Positions 17,151-29,311 of a stretch of 48,096 nt of DNA are shown piece after piece (the first letter of the stretch is position 1; each line of letters begins with the position of its first letter). Below the pieces are notes generated by a model. It searched no databases. It saw only the letters and a program-made list of their open reading frames with translations, and had not been told where the DNA came from. The DNA is from an uncultured Bacilli bacterium (GTDB lineage: Bacteria > Bacillota_I > Bacilli_A > RF39 > UBA660): assembly GCA_944355255.1 (NCBI GenBank), contig CALVQD010000021.1, positions 1-48,096 of the forward strand, written 5' to 3'. The position numbers were made by a program, and so were the translations under genes.

Positions 17151-18185
17151 GTGTCACATAAATTGAAAACAGAAAAGAAAAAGGTCAGTAGTGCACTTAA
17201 CATTATTCTATTAGTACTTGTTACAGGAATTGTTCTTTATTTTTCACTAAAAGATGACTATCAAATGATTTTACATGAAATATTTACAATGAATCTTTGG
17301 TGGTTACTAATTGGTGTTTTATTAGTACTTGGGTGTTATTATTTAAGAAGTATATCACTTCATATACTAATTCGTAAATTTACTGATAAATACAGTTTTA
17401 AAAAAGCATTTAAATTAACTCTTACTACACAGTTTTTAAATGGTGTAACTCCCTTTGCAACTGGTGGACAACCATTTCAAGTTTATATTTTAAAAAAAGA
17501 TGGAATTCGTATTGGAGATGGGACCAATATTATTATGCAGAATTTCATCGTATATCAAATTGCTTTAGTACTACTTGGTGTACTTGCTATTAGTTACAAT
17601 TTTTTCTTTCACATATTTGAAGAATCAGGAATTCTTCGTGATTTAACAACAGTTGGATTTATTATTAATACGCTCGTAACGGTCGGGTTATTTGTTATCG
17701 CATTTGCAAAAAACTTTAATCGTTTTATCATTCGTAAGACTGTATCTTTGATGTATCGTTTACATATTATTAAAAATAAAGAGACAGTAATGGATAAGAT
17801 GAGTGATTCGATTGAAAATTTTCACGATGGAGCAAAATTACTCATGAAAGATAAAAAAAGTTTTATCTATAATATTTTCTTAAATTTCTTATCCCTTGTT
17901 TGTCTTTATTTAGTACCACTTACTATTATTTATGGAATGGGGGTCACAGATGCCTTTACTGGGGTAGAATCTGTTGTCGCAAGTGCCTATGTAATGTTAA
18001 TTGGTGCTTTCGTTCCAATTCCTGGTGGTACGGGGGGATTAGAATATAGTTATATGGCTTTCTATGGTAATTTTATCAAAGGAAGTGTATTGAATGCCAG
18101 TATGATTATGTGGAGATTTTTAACTTATTATCTCGGTATGATTGTTGGTGGTATTACATTAAATTTAAAAGGAAGGAAGAAGTAA
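17151..18185 (+). CDS. Lysylphosphatidylglycerol synthase TM-domain / flippase-like membrane protein
   Basis: Multiple TM helices; TPFATGGQP, PIPGGTGGLE, WRFLTYY. Confidence 0.8.
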   Translation: MSHKLKTEKKKVSSALNIILLVLVTGIVLYFSLKDDYQMILHEIFTMNLWWLLIGVLLVLGCYYLRSISLHILIRKFTDKYSFKKAFKLTLTTQFLNGVTPFATGGQPFQVYILKKDGIRIGDGTNIIMQNFIVYQIALVLLGVLAISYNFFFHIFEESGILRDLTTVGFIINTLVTVGLFVIAFAKNFNRFIIRKTVSLMYRLHIIKNKETVMDKMSDSIENFHDGAKLLMKDKKSFIYNIFLNFLSLVCLYLVPLTIIYGMGVTDAFTGVESVVASAYVMLIGAFVPIPGGTGGLEYSYMAFYGNFIKGSVLNASMIMWRFLTYYLGMIVGGITLNLKGRKK

Positions 18186-18186
18186 T

Positions 18187-19428
18187 ATGAGAATCGGAAT
18201 TTTTACAGATACTTATCCACCATATATTAATGGAGTATCTACAAGTATTGTCATGTTACAACATGCATTAGAAAAATTAGGACACGAAGTATTTGTCGTT
18301 ACTGTAAATCCTGAAAATATGAAATATCAATTTGATAATGACAACAAAATTATTCGTATTCCTGGTGTACCAATTGGTATTTATGATTATCGTTTAACTG
18401 GAATTTATCCATTAAGAGCAATTGAAACTATAAAAAAATGGAATTTGGATATTATTCATTCTCATACAGAATTTGGAATTGGAACATTTGCTAGAATTAT
18501 GGCAAAACAATTAGATATTCCTTTAGTTCATACTTATCATACGATGTATGAAGATTATGTTCATTATATAACTAAAGGTTATTTCCAACGTTCTAGTAAG
18601 AAGATTGTAGAATATTTGACAAAATTTTACTGTGATAAAACTGCAACGGAATTAATTGTTCCAACCAAAAAAACTTATGATTTATTTAAACAAAAATATA
18701 AGTATGATCGTAATGTACATATTGTTCCAACAGGAATTGAAGTAGAACGTTTTTATGCTGAACAATTTAAAGAAAAAGAAATTCAGGATTTAAGAAAGAA
18801 ATTAGGAATTCGCTCGAATGAAGATGTGATATTGTTTGTAGGAAGATTAGGTGAAGAGAAAAGTGTAAATACTTTGATTGAAGCCCATGTTAGTATCACA
18901 AGAACGCATCCCCATACAAAATTATTAATTGTTGGAACTGGACCCGATTTAGATAAGTTCAAAGAATTAGCGCGTAAATATGGTGTTACCAAAGATGTCA
19001 TCTTTGCAGGACGTGTTCCTTGGGAAGAAGTTCCAAAATATTATCAAGTTGCAACATTGTTTGCTACTGCTTCTAAAACAGAAACACAAGGTCTTACTGT
19101 TATTGAAGCAATGGCAGCAAGTTTACCAGTTGTCGCATATGATGATGAAGCATTTCGTGATGTCGTTGTAGATGGATTAAATGGTCATTTATTTCAAACA
19201 AAGAAAGCATATAAAGATGCAGTTAGAGATATTCTGGATCATCCAGAAACTTATGAGAAAATGTGTAGACAAGCTAGAATTACAGCAGATCAACACTCTT
19301 CAAAATATTTTGCTGAACAAGTTTTAGATGTATATAATACAGCACTGAAAGGAAATCCAGTACCAAAAGATCGAACATTTTTAGGAAAAATGAAAGATGT
19401 TGCCAAGAAGGGATTTTATGGGAAATAA
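18187..19428 (+). CDS. GT4 glycosyltransferase (diacylglycerol glucosyltransferase-like)
   Basis: FTDTYPPYINGV, HTYHTMYEDY, VGRL..EK, ETQGLTVIEAMA. Confidence 0.88.
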   Translation: MRIGIFTDTYPPYINGVSTSIVMLQHALEKLGHEVFVVTVNPENMKYQFDNDNKIIRIPGVPIGIYDYRLTGIYPLRAIETIKKWNLDIIHSHTEFGIGTFARIMAKQLDIPLVHTYHTMYEDYVHYITKGYFQRSSKKIVEYLTKFYCDKTATELIVPTKKTYDLFKQKYKYDRNVHIVPTGIEVERFYAEQFKEKEIQDLRKKLGIRSNEDVILFVGRLGEEKSVNTLIEAHVSITRTHPHTKLLIVGTGPDLDKFKELARKYGVTKDVIFAGRVPWEEVPKYYQVATLFATASKTETQGLTVIEAMAASLPVVAYDDEAFRDVVVDGLNGHLFQTKKAYKDAVRDILDHPETYEKMCRQARITADQHSSKYFAEQVLDVYNTALKGNPVPKDRTFLGKMKDVAKKGFYGK

Positions 19429-20140
19429 AAAAATCTTTGCAAATCAAAAAATGTATATGACCAAACAAGATGTAGAAACATTTATAAAAGCATCTGAAGA
19501 AAAAGAATATGAACAACTTGTAATTTGTCCATCTATTCTTTATTTACCACTTTTTCAAGATAGTAAATTTCATCTTGGTGTACAAAATATATTTTATGAG
19601 AAAAAGGGTGCTTATACGGGAGAAATCTCTCCTTTACAAGTAAAAGAATATGGGGTAGAATATGCGATCATAGGACACTCTGAAAGAAGAACAATTCTCC
19701 ATGAGACAAATGAAATGTTTCAAAAGAAAATAGATGCTTGTAAAGATCAAGATATCATACCAATCTTTTGTATTGGAGAAACAAAAGAACAATATGAAAT
19801 GCATAAAACGAATCAAGTATTAAAAAGACAATTATTTGATGTTCTGAAGAACGTGAAAAAAGAAGCATTAGAACATATTATCATTGCTTATGAACCACTT
19901 TGGGCAATTGGAACAGGAATGATTCCTACTAATGAAGAAATAGAACGTATTACACAGTATATAAAGAGTATAATAAATCAAGTATTTCACGTATCTGTTC
20001 CAGTATTATATGGTGGTAGTGTCAATGAGAGAAATATTTCAAAACTAAATCAAATTTCTAACATTGATGGTTTCTTAGTTGGTGGTGCTTCTAAAAGTAT
20101 CAGTGAGCTTTTAAAGATGTATGAAGTCGTTGTATCCTAG
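19418..20140 (+). CDS. tpiA: Triosephosphate isomerase
   Basis: NQKM, GAYTGE, IGHSERR, AYEPLWAIGTG, YGGSV, LVGGAS. Confidence 0.95.
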   Translation: MGNKKIFANQKMYMTKQDVETFIKASEEKEYEQLVICPSILYLPLFQDSKFHLGVQNIFYEKKGAYTGEISPLQVKEYGVEYAIIGHSERRTILHETNEMFQKKIDACKDQDIIPIFCIGETKEQYEMHKTNQVLKRQLFDVLKNVKKEALEHIIIAYEPLWAIGTGMIPTNEEIERITQYIKSIINQVFHVSVPVLYGGSVNERNISKLNQISNIDGFLVGGASKSISELLKMYEVVVS

Positions 20141-20175
20141 CGACTTTTTTCGTTATTTTTCGACATAGTACGACA
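20139..20175 (-). promoter_or_regulatory. Array of helically phased Spo0A (0A) boxes upstream of spo0A
   Basis: TTCGACA (20159-65) is a perfect TGTCGAA on the - strand; TACGACA, TTCGTTA and AGCGACT sit at exact 10-bp offsets. Confidence 0.6.
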
Positions 20176-20274
20176 AAACTAGAATATTCTCGCTCTAGCG
20201 TTAAAATTGCTGTCTGGTGTATAATAAAATCATGAAAATAAGCAGTACGAAAAAGAGTAGAAAGAGGGATTATA

Positions 20275-21048
20275 ATGAAAGAAATAAAAATATTAATGAT
20301 TGATGATAATAAAAATTTAGTAGAAATGATTCGAGAATATTTTAAGGAGCATGAAACAATTCATTTAGTAGATGTTGCTTATGACGGAAAAGAAGGATTT
20401 GACAAAATTAAAAACAACAAGGATGCCTATGATGTTATTTTACTTGATTTAATTATGCCAAATAAAGATGGAATGTATGTATTAGAAGAGATGAAAAAGC
20501 ATGATATTCATAAAAATGTGATTGTAGAAACAAGTTATAATGCAAGTGAAACAATTCGCCAGGTATCTGAATATGGTGTGAATTATTTTTTACTAAAACC
20601 ATTTGATTTAAAGGATTTAGAAAAAAGAATTATGAACTTCTGTACAGATAAATCATTAGAAAGTAAAAACATTGATTTTTATCACAATAACTTACAAATA
20701 TCAATTACCAAAATATTACATGAGTTAGGGATTCCATCTCATATTAAAGGATATCAATATATTCGTGAAGCAATTGGAATCATCTATGAACATCCAGAAG
20801 TAATTGGTGGAATTACAAAAGAACTATATCCAGAACTAGCAAGTAAATTTGATACAACTGTTTCACGTGTCGAAAGAGCCATTCGTCATGCGATTGAAGT
20901 GAGTTGGAATCGTGCAAATTGGTCGCTGATGGAAGAAATATTTGGAAATAGTGTAGACATTGATAAAGCAAAACCAACGAACAGTGAATTTATTGTAACG
21001 GTTGCTGATAAATTAAGATTAGAGTCAAAAAAGATAGGGATTGCGTAA
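20275..21048 (+). CDS. spo0A: Sporulation master regulator Spo0A
   Basis: Receiver domain (DD, LDLIMP, KPF) plus [42 protein letters not shown]. Confidence 0.97.
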   Translation: MKEIKILMIDDNKNLVEMIREYFKEHETIHLVDVAYDGKEGFDKIKNNKDAYDVILLDLIMPNKDGMYVLEEMKKHDIHKNVIVETSYNASETIRQVSEYGVNYFLLKPFDLKDLEKRIMNFCTDKSLESKNIDFYHNNLQISITKILHELGIPSHIKGYQYIREAIGIIYEHPEVIGGITKELYPELASKFDTTVSRVERAIRHAIEVSWNRANWSLMEEIFGNSVDIDKAKPTNSEFIVTVADKLRLESKKIGIA

Positions 21049-21063
21049 TCTCTATTTTTTTTT
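21034..21063 (+). terminator. Intrinsic terminator after spo0A
   Basis: ATAGGGATT/AATCTCTAT stem followed by T-run. Confidence 0.55.
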
Positions 21064-21084
21064 ATAATAAAATGGGTGGGATAA

Positions 21085-21729
21085 ATGAAGAAAGAACTAA
21101 CAGATATTACTATTCATTATCACGAATGTGATTTGACTTATATAGATAATATTATAAGAAAATTAGATGAAAAAGGAAACGAGATCATTCAATTTTTTAA
21201 TCTGGAGCATTTAGAAAATCATTTAAATATTTATCTTTGGAATGATGTAAAACAGTTTGAAGAAAATGTTCATCCACAACATTCATATACTATTGGAAAA
21301 ACAAATTTCAAAAATCATAGAATAGATATTCTCTCCTATCAAGAAATTTTAAAACGAGAAGGACATGACCATGATTCGATTGATTCTATTCCATATTTAA
21401 TATTACATGAATTTGTTCATATTTGCCATCTACAATATGCGGGCCTAGAGTATGGATGCTGGGTGAGTGAGGCTTTAGCAACTACAATTTCTGGACAATA
21501 TGATCAGGAGCCACTTAATATGAATTGTAACTTAGAACATCTTTTGAATGGAACATGGTATATTTGTTATGCAACAATTGGAAAATATATTTTAGAACAG
21601 TATGGTAGAGAATATTTTTTGAAACTTGCTAAAGATCAATTGTTTGCTATCCAAGAGACAGAACATTTATATGAAGAAACAAAATCTTGGGTTATGGAAA
21701 AGAATATCCAGTTAGATAAAAATATATAA
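21085..21729 (+). CDS. Putative gluzincin (peptidase MA-like) zinc metalloprotease
   Basis: LHEFVH (HExxH) plus downstream WVSEALA glutamate. Confidence 0.65.
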   Translation: MKKELTDITIHYHECDLTYIDNIIRKLDEKGNEIIQFFNLEHLENHLNIYLWNDVKQFEENVHPQHSYTIGKTNFKNHRIDILSYQEILKREGHDHDSIDSIPYLILHEFVHICHLQYAGLEYGCWVSEALATTISGQYDQEPLNMNCNLEHLLNGTWYICYATIGKYILEQYGREYFLKLAKDQLFAIQETEHLYEETKSWVMEKNIQLDKNI

Positions 21730-21930
21730 CTTTTATTTATTTGGTTCTGCTATAAATTAGTAATAAACATATTTTTGATTAGAGTACTTGTTTAATGACT
21801 TTTTCGGTTTTTACTGATTCCAAAATTTATTTATTCAGATTCTCTTTTTTTATGTCATTTAAATTTTGTCGAAAAAATGCGTCAATGTATGGTATAATGA
21901 TTAAGATTATACAGTATTAGGATGTGAAGT

Positions 21931-23307
21931 ATGAAAGATAAAAGGGTTAGAAATAAAAAAATCATTTATAATTCAATTATTATTTTTAATATATTATTTA
22001 TCGTTGTGTTGATTGCATATTATGGGTATCGTTTGGTTTATTATTATCAGTTAGAGCATCAACCAGCAAAAGAAATTAAATATTTATCAGAAAAGATTAC
22101 ATCTCAAAATGAATTAGTAAATGAAGGTGATGGACTTTATTTTGATGAAGATGAAGAGATGTTTTATTTCAAAGGAAATGTAACAAACAATTATTTATCT
22201 TATTCTAATCAGTTATGGAGAATTATGAAGATCAATAAAGATGGTAGCATTGTACTTATTTTAGATGAGCCAATTACTGCCATGACTTATGGAACAACGA
22301 ATGAGTATCAGACTTCGTTTGTACGTAATTATTTAAATCAAATAGAAAGCGAAATATATACTGGAATATTTGAGCGAGTTTTAATTCAACCAGAAATATA
22401 TTTAACAAATACATCTATTTGTACGGACACAATTACAAATATTGGGGATATTCATTGTAATCAAAAAGCCAATGAAAATTTGATTGGTTTGTTAAATTTA
22501 AGTGATTATGATTTATCTGGTGGTAAGAATGGTTATTTAAATAGTAATATTTCTTATTATACTGCGACAAAAGGAAATAACAATCAGCTCTATTATGTTC
22601 ATGCACAGGGTGGTGTTACATTGACTTCTGATTTTAGTGAACATAATTATGGAATAAGACCTACGATTACTTTAAAATCAGAAATAGATTATTTATCTGG
22701 AGATGGTAGTGAATCTAATCCGTATGTGATCGAACCATCTTCTGATACAAAGACGATTCAAGTTGGAAATTATGTAAGCTATAGTGGATATACATGGAAA
22801 GTAATTTCTAAAGATACAAATACTTATAAGTTAGCAACTACATCGCTACTAACAGATACGACGGGACAGACATACACACGTAATTATAGTTCTAGGACAA
22901 ATATTTTTACTCCAACTAGTTATGGTTCATTAGCATATTATTTAAATCGTACTTGGTATCGTACTTTAGATACAAGTCTTATTGTTGATGGTACTTGGTA
23001 TATTGGAAATTATCAACAAAATGGTGTGACAAATTATCAAAATATTTATACAGATTCAGTCACTGCCAAAGTTGGTTTATTATCGGTTGGAGAATTTTAT
23101 TCATTAGAGGTTCCTAATACTTGGTTGATGACATCATTAAATGAGGACGATGATATGATTTATACTGTCCAAGAGGGTAGTAAATATTATTCTGATGTAA
23201 TTGATGGAACTCATGGTATTCGTCCTGCAATTTATATTACAAGTCAAATTCAAGTTGTCTCTGGTACAGGTACTGTAAATGATCCATATGTAATAGGAGG
23301 AATGTAG
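21931..23307 (+). CDS. Membrane-anchored extracellular protein with two tandem DUF6273-like domains
   Basis: N-terminal TM; repeated NY.SYS..W[RK][IV] ... GIRP.I.....SG.G...PYVI units. Confidence 0.6.
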   Translation: MKDKRVRNKKIIYNSIIIFNILFIVVLIAYYGYRLVYYYQLEHQPAKEIKYLSEKITSQNELVNEGDGLYFDEDEEMFYFKGNVTNNYLSYSNQLWRIMKINKDGSIVLILDEPITAMTYGTTNEYQTSFVRNYLNQIESEIYTGIFERVLIQPEIYLTNTSICTDTITNIGDIHCNQKANENLIGLLNLSDYDLSGGKNGYLNSNISYYTATKGNNNQLYYVHAQGGVTLTSDFSEHNYGIRPTITLKSEIDYLSGDGSESNPYVIEPSSDTKTIQVGNYVSYSGYTWKVISKDTNTYKLATTSLLTDTTGQTYTRNYSSRTNIFTPTSYGSLAYYLNRTWYRTLDTSLIVDGTWYIGNYQQNGVTNYQNIYTDSVTAKVGLLSVGEFYSLEVPNTWLMTSLNEDDDMIYTVQEGSKYYSDVIDGTHGIRPAIYITSQIQVVSGTGTVNDPYVIGGM

Positions 23308-24321
23308 ATGAAGAAGAAAAAGAAAACAGCAATTGTTTTACTCATTATAGATGTATGTATTGTCATTTGTTTCTTTCTTGCATATGGTCCCTTTTCATAC
23401 TTGAGAGAACTTTATATTACAACTGCAATGACAACAATGAATCATAAGTATTTAGCACGTACTATCTATACAGAGGACATTATTAACGATGTATTAGATT
23501 CCAATTATGTAAAAGAATCTGGAGAAAGTACAGATGTTAGTGATATTGTTATTGGAAATATCGATGATAGTGGTGATTATGATTCTATCTATGAAGAACA
23601 AATTCTAACTAGAGATCCTGAACATCCTGACTATAAATTAATCCCATTAAAGGGAAGTAATTATCAAGGATATATGGTTGCAGTTTATGATCCAAGTCGT
23701 ATCGAACTTGTCATGACAAATAAACTAGGAACAGTAGGACAATTTTTAAGAGAATTAGTTGTAGATAATAATGCTGTATTAGGAATTAATGCCAGTGGAT
23801 TTGTCGATACCAATGAAATGGGTAACGGAGGCGATCCGACAGGAATTGTGATTCAAGATGGAAAAGTCATTTGGGATTCTACAAAAACTGGATATTCTGG
23901 AGGAATTGCAGGGTTCACAAAAGATAATAAGTTAGTACTTACTAAGGGTACAGCTGAGGAAGCAATTCAAGCTGGTGTGGAAGATGCAGTAGAGTTTGGA
24001 CCATTTTTAATTGTGAATGGTGAAGCTGCTGAAATAAAAGGAAATGGTGGTTGGGGTATTGCTCCAAGAACTGTGTTAGCACAACGTAAAGATGGTATTG
24101 TATTGTTTGTCGTGATAGATGGTAGACAGCCTGGATATAGTTTAGGAATTAGTATGACAGAGCTTACGAAGTTGTTGCAAAGATATAAAGCACATAATGC
24201 AGTAAATTTAGATGGTGGAGCTTCTAGTAGTCTAGCAATTGGTAATGAAACAATTACAAAACCATGTGGATATAGTGCTACCGGAGAAAGAAGAATACCA
24301 AATGCTTGGGTATTCAAATAA
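23308..24321 (+). CDS. Phosphodiester glycosidase (NAGPA/DUF2233) family protein
   Basis: GINASGF, GPFLI.NG, PRTVLAQ, DGRQ, NLDGGASS, R.IPNA. Confidence 0.85.
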   Translation: MKKKKKTAIVLLIIDVCIVICFFLAYGPFSYLRELYITTAMTTMNHKYLARTIYTEDIINDVLDSNYVKESGESTDVSDIVIGNIDDSGDYDSIYEEQILTRDPEHPDYKLIPLKGSNYQGYMVAVYDPSRIELVMTNKLGTVGQFLRELVVDNNAVLGINASGFVDTNEMGNGGDPTGIVIQDGKVIWDSTKTGYSGGIAGFTKDNKLVLTKGTAEEAIQAGVEDAVEFGPFLIVNGEAAEIKGNGGWGIAPRTVLAQRKDGIVLFVVIDGRQPGYSLGISMTELTKLLQRYKAHNAVNLDGGASSSLAIGNETITKPCGYSATGERRIPNAWVFK

Positions 24322-24346
24322 AAACGAGTTTTACACTCGTTTTTTT
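24320..24346. terminator. Bidirectional terminator between convergent genes
   Basis: AAAAACGAGT-tttac-ACTCGTTTTT. Confidence 0.65.
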
Positions 24347-25125
24347 ACTTTTTCTTCTCTTTTATATTGTTTACTAATATCTCTTGTGATATTAAGAATT
24401 GGTTGAAAACGTTCTCTGTTATATATTGCATCCGCAATTGGTTTTACATAGAACAATTGATCATCTAATAAATTATTTTCTTGAAGAGAACGATAGATAG
24501 TTTGGTAAAAATTTCTGTACTCTAAATCAGAATGTCGATTTGGAATACGTAGCTCTTTTTTACGACGAGCTAATCTTTTTTCTAACTCCGTTTCTGAACA
24601 TGAAAGAATGAAAAAATATTCATCTTCATTTTGATGGATTCTTTCTCCACATATTTTTGTTTGTATAGAATGTGGTAAATCTAAGATAAAGTCATTTGAA
24701 AAGACATCTTGATCTCTATCTTTTGCAGATATTCCTTTTTGAATTAAATAACGAACGGCAGTTGATTTACCAACTCCTTTAGGACCTTCTATTACAACAC
24801 GATATGGTAAGATGTGTCTCATAATAGATTCTGTATCTTGATAGTATTCGTGATTTGTTACATCTACTAATCCTTTTTTGTTATGATTTCTTCCTTTTTT
24901 AGGAATAAAATTTTTTAAATCATTGGTTTCACTTTCTACATTTAATATAATTAATTTATGTCCTACTTTATAAAAATCAACTGTAATGTATTTATCTTCA
25001 TCTACAAAATAATAACGAAGTAGATTGTCATCTTCTTCCATTCCTAAATATGGTAGATTTTTTAAATACTGTTCAATTCCTCCACGTTCTCCAGTTCTGG
25101 TTGCAACGAATTTTTTTTGATACAT
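24331..25125 (-). CDS. Hypothetical protein with CYTH-like N-terminus and P-loop NMP-kinase-like C-terminus
   Basis: VIEGPKGVGKST Walker A, ELEKRLARR lid; N-terminal RYYF..VDFY..LIILNVE..FIP..DVT...YY; ATG at 25125 after AAGGGGG. Confidence 0.55.
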   Translation of the reverse strand: MYQKKFVATRTGERGGIEQYLKNLPYLGMEEDDNLLRYYFVDEDKYITVDFYKVGHKLIILNVESETNDLKNFIPKKGRNHNKKGLVDVTNHEYYQDTESIMRHILPYRVVIEGPKGVGKSTAVRYLIQKGISAKDRDQDVFSNDFILDLPHSIQTKICGERIHQNEDEYFFILSCSETELEKRLARRKKELRIPNRHSDLEYRNFYQTIYRSLQENNLLDDQLFYVKPIADAIYNRERFQPILNITRDISKQYKREEKVKKRV

Positions 25126-25211
25126 GTGCAATTCCCCCTTTTTGTACATAGTATTCTAATAAAAAGTGTCTTTTTTGTCAAATTGAGATATAATGAGTTT
25201 GAGGTGATTGT

Positions 25212-25769
25212 GTGAAAAAGATTGTATTTGCAACTACGAATCAGTTAAAATTGGATATGGCAAGATATGTATTAGAGCCACTTGGTTTTGAAGTAATCGG
25301 ACAGAAGATGAAGAACTTACCAGAAATTCAAGCAGAATCAATTGAAGAAGTAGCGATTTATTCATCTCAATATGCGCATCGTGAATTAAAGTGTGCGGTT
25401 TTAAAGAATGATTCTGGATTGGTCATTCCAGCTTTGAATGGATTTCCATCTCTTTATAGTAATTATGTGGAAAAAACTTTAGGAGAAGATGGTATTTTAA
25501 GATTAATGGAAGGAATAGATGATCGAAGAGCTTATTTTTTAGATGTATTAGCTTATACAGATGAAGAAGGTAATACAAAAACATTTGAATCAAAGTCATG
25601 GGGAACGATATCTAAAAATAAAGAAGGTAATATGGGAATAGGTTATGATTTTATTTTTATTCCTGATGGACAAGAACATACTTTAGCTTGTTTTACAGAT
25701 GAGGAGAAATTACCACTCTTTAATTGTGATGCATATTCTAAATTAGGAGAATGGTTAAAAGAGAAATAA
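25212..25769 (+). CDS. Ham1/RdgB-family non-canonical purine NTP pyrophosphatase (divergent)
   Basis: FATTN..K, PEIQ, DSGL.IPALNGFP, GYDFIFIP. Confidence 0.82.
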   Translation: MKKIVFATTNQLKLDMARYVLEPLGFEVIGQKMKNLPEIQAESIEEVAIYSSQYAHRELKCAVLKNDSGLVIPALNGFPSLYSNYVEKTLGEDGILRLMEGIDDRRAYFLDVLAYTDEEGNTKTFESKSWGTISKNKEGNMGIGYDFIFIPDGQEHTLACFTDEEKLPLFNCDAYSKLGEWLKEK

Positions 25770-25778
25770 CAATGTCTG

Positions 25779-26120
25779 TTATTTCTCTTTTTGTATCCAT
25801 GTCATAATGATATTTATAATATATTCTTGTTCTTGTGGTGTTAATAAATGTCCTTTTTTGATATGATGCCATTTTTCTAAACACCCTCTACAACATGTTG
25901 CAGTAGCATGCTGGGCAATAAATACAGGATGTCCTTTCATGGGTGTTTGTTTGCCATCGTTTGGAATGATGGCTGGAGCAAGTCTTTTTTTAATAAAGTC
26001 TCTGGCATGACTTTCAATGGTATCCAATCCTTTTTCTTGGATATATATTTTTTCTTTCTCATGGAGATGCCATTTACTACGAAATTTTGATTTTCCTAAT
26101 CGATACCAAATATCGTTCAT
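25779..26120 (-). CDS. DUF4186 family protein
   Basis: SKFRS, NDGKQTPMKGHPVFIAQHATATCCRGCL.KWH. Confidence 0.88.
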   Translation of the reverse strand: MNDIWYRLGKSKFRSKWHLHEKEKIYIQEKGLDTIESHARDFIKKRLAPAIIPNDGKQTPMKGHPVFIAQHATATCCRGCLEKWHHIKKGHLLTPQEQEYIINIIMTWIQKEK

Positions 26121-26237
26121 ATTACCCCTTTTTTATTATAACATTTTCTTGGTAATTTTCCCCAATTTATGGTATGATATAACGTACTTTTATTGATATC
26201 CAATGGAATTTATATTATAATGAAAAGAGGTGGTTTT

Positions 26238-27210
26238 ATGTGGCAGATTGGTGATGTGAAGATACAAAATCAAGTTGTACTTGCTCCTATGGCAGGAGTA
26301 TGTAATAGTGCTTATCGGAAAATTGTCAAAGAAATGGGTTGTGGATTAATCTATGCGGAAATGGTTAGCGATAAAGCCATTACTTATGGAAGTAAAAAGA
26401 CCCGTGAGATGCTATTTATGGAAGAAGTAGAAAGACCAATTACCCAACAGATTTTTGGAAGTGATAAAGAATCTTTTGTTACTGCTGCCAAGTATATTTA
26501 TGAAACCATGAAACCAGATATTATCGATATTAATATGGGATGTCCTGTTCCTAAAGTTGCGGTAAAAGCACAAGCAGGAAGTGCTCTTTTGAAACACCCT
26601 GAAAAAGTAAAAGAGATTGTTAAAGCAGTAGTGGATAGTGTACCAATTCCAGTAACGGTAAAAATACGTAGTGGTTGGGATAGTGAACATATCAATGCAG
26701 TAGAAATTGCAAAAATATGTGAAGAAGCTGGTGCTAAAGCAATTGCTGTACATGGTAGAACAAGAAGCCAAGGATATTCGGGATTGGCTGATTGGAATAT
26801 TATTAAACAGGTAAAAGAAGCTGTTTCTATTCCTGTGATTGGGAATGGAGATATTAAAACTTGTTATGATGCGAAAAAGATGTTAGAAGAAACTGGTTGT
26901 GATGCAGTAATGATTGGTCGTGGTTGTCTTGGTAATCCATGGTTGATGAGAGACTGTGTGAATTATTTAGAACATGGTACAGAACCAATACCAGTTACGA
27001 TAGAAGAACGTTTTCAAATGATTGAAAAACATATGAATTATTTACTGCAAATAAAACCGGAAAATGTTGCAATCTTAGAACTTCGTACCCATGCTGCATG
27101 GTATTTAAAATATGTACCACACAGTAATCAATTAAAACAGGCATTGTTTGGGGCGAAAACAAAAGAAGAAGTATTAACATTATTAAAAGAATTTAAAAAG
27201 GAGAATGGCT

Positions 27211-27227
<17 letters not shown>
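26238..27227 (+). CDS. dusB: tRNA dihydrouridine synthase B
   Basis: [36 protein letters not shown]; ATG at 26238 after GAGGTGG. Confidence 0.93.
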
Positions 27228-29297
<2,070 letters not shown>

Positions 29298-29311
29298 AAA
29301 GAAGGAAAATT

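Noticed and set aside
21730-21860. Possible decayed minus-strand ORF in the intergenic region
   Set aside because: Several stop codons and no recognisable homology
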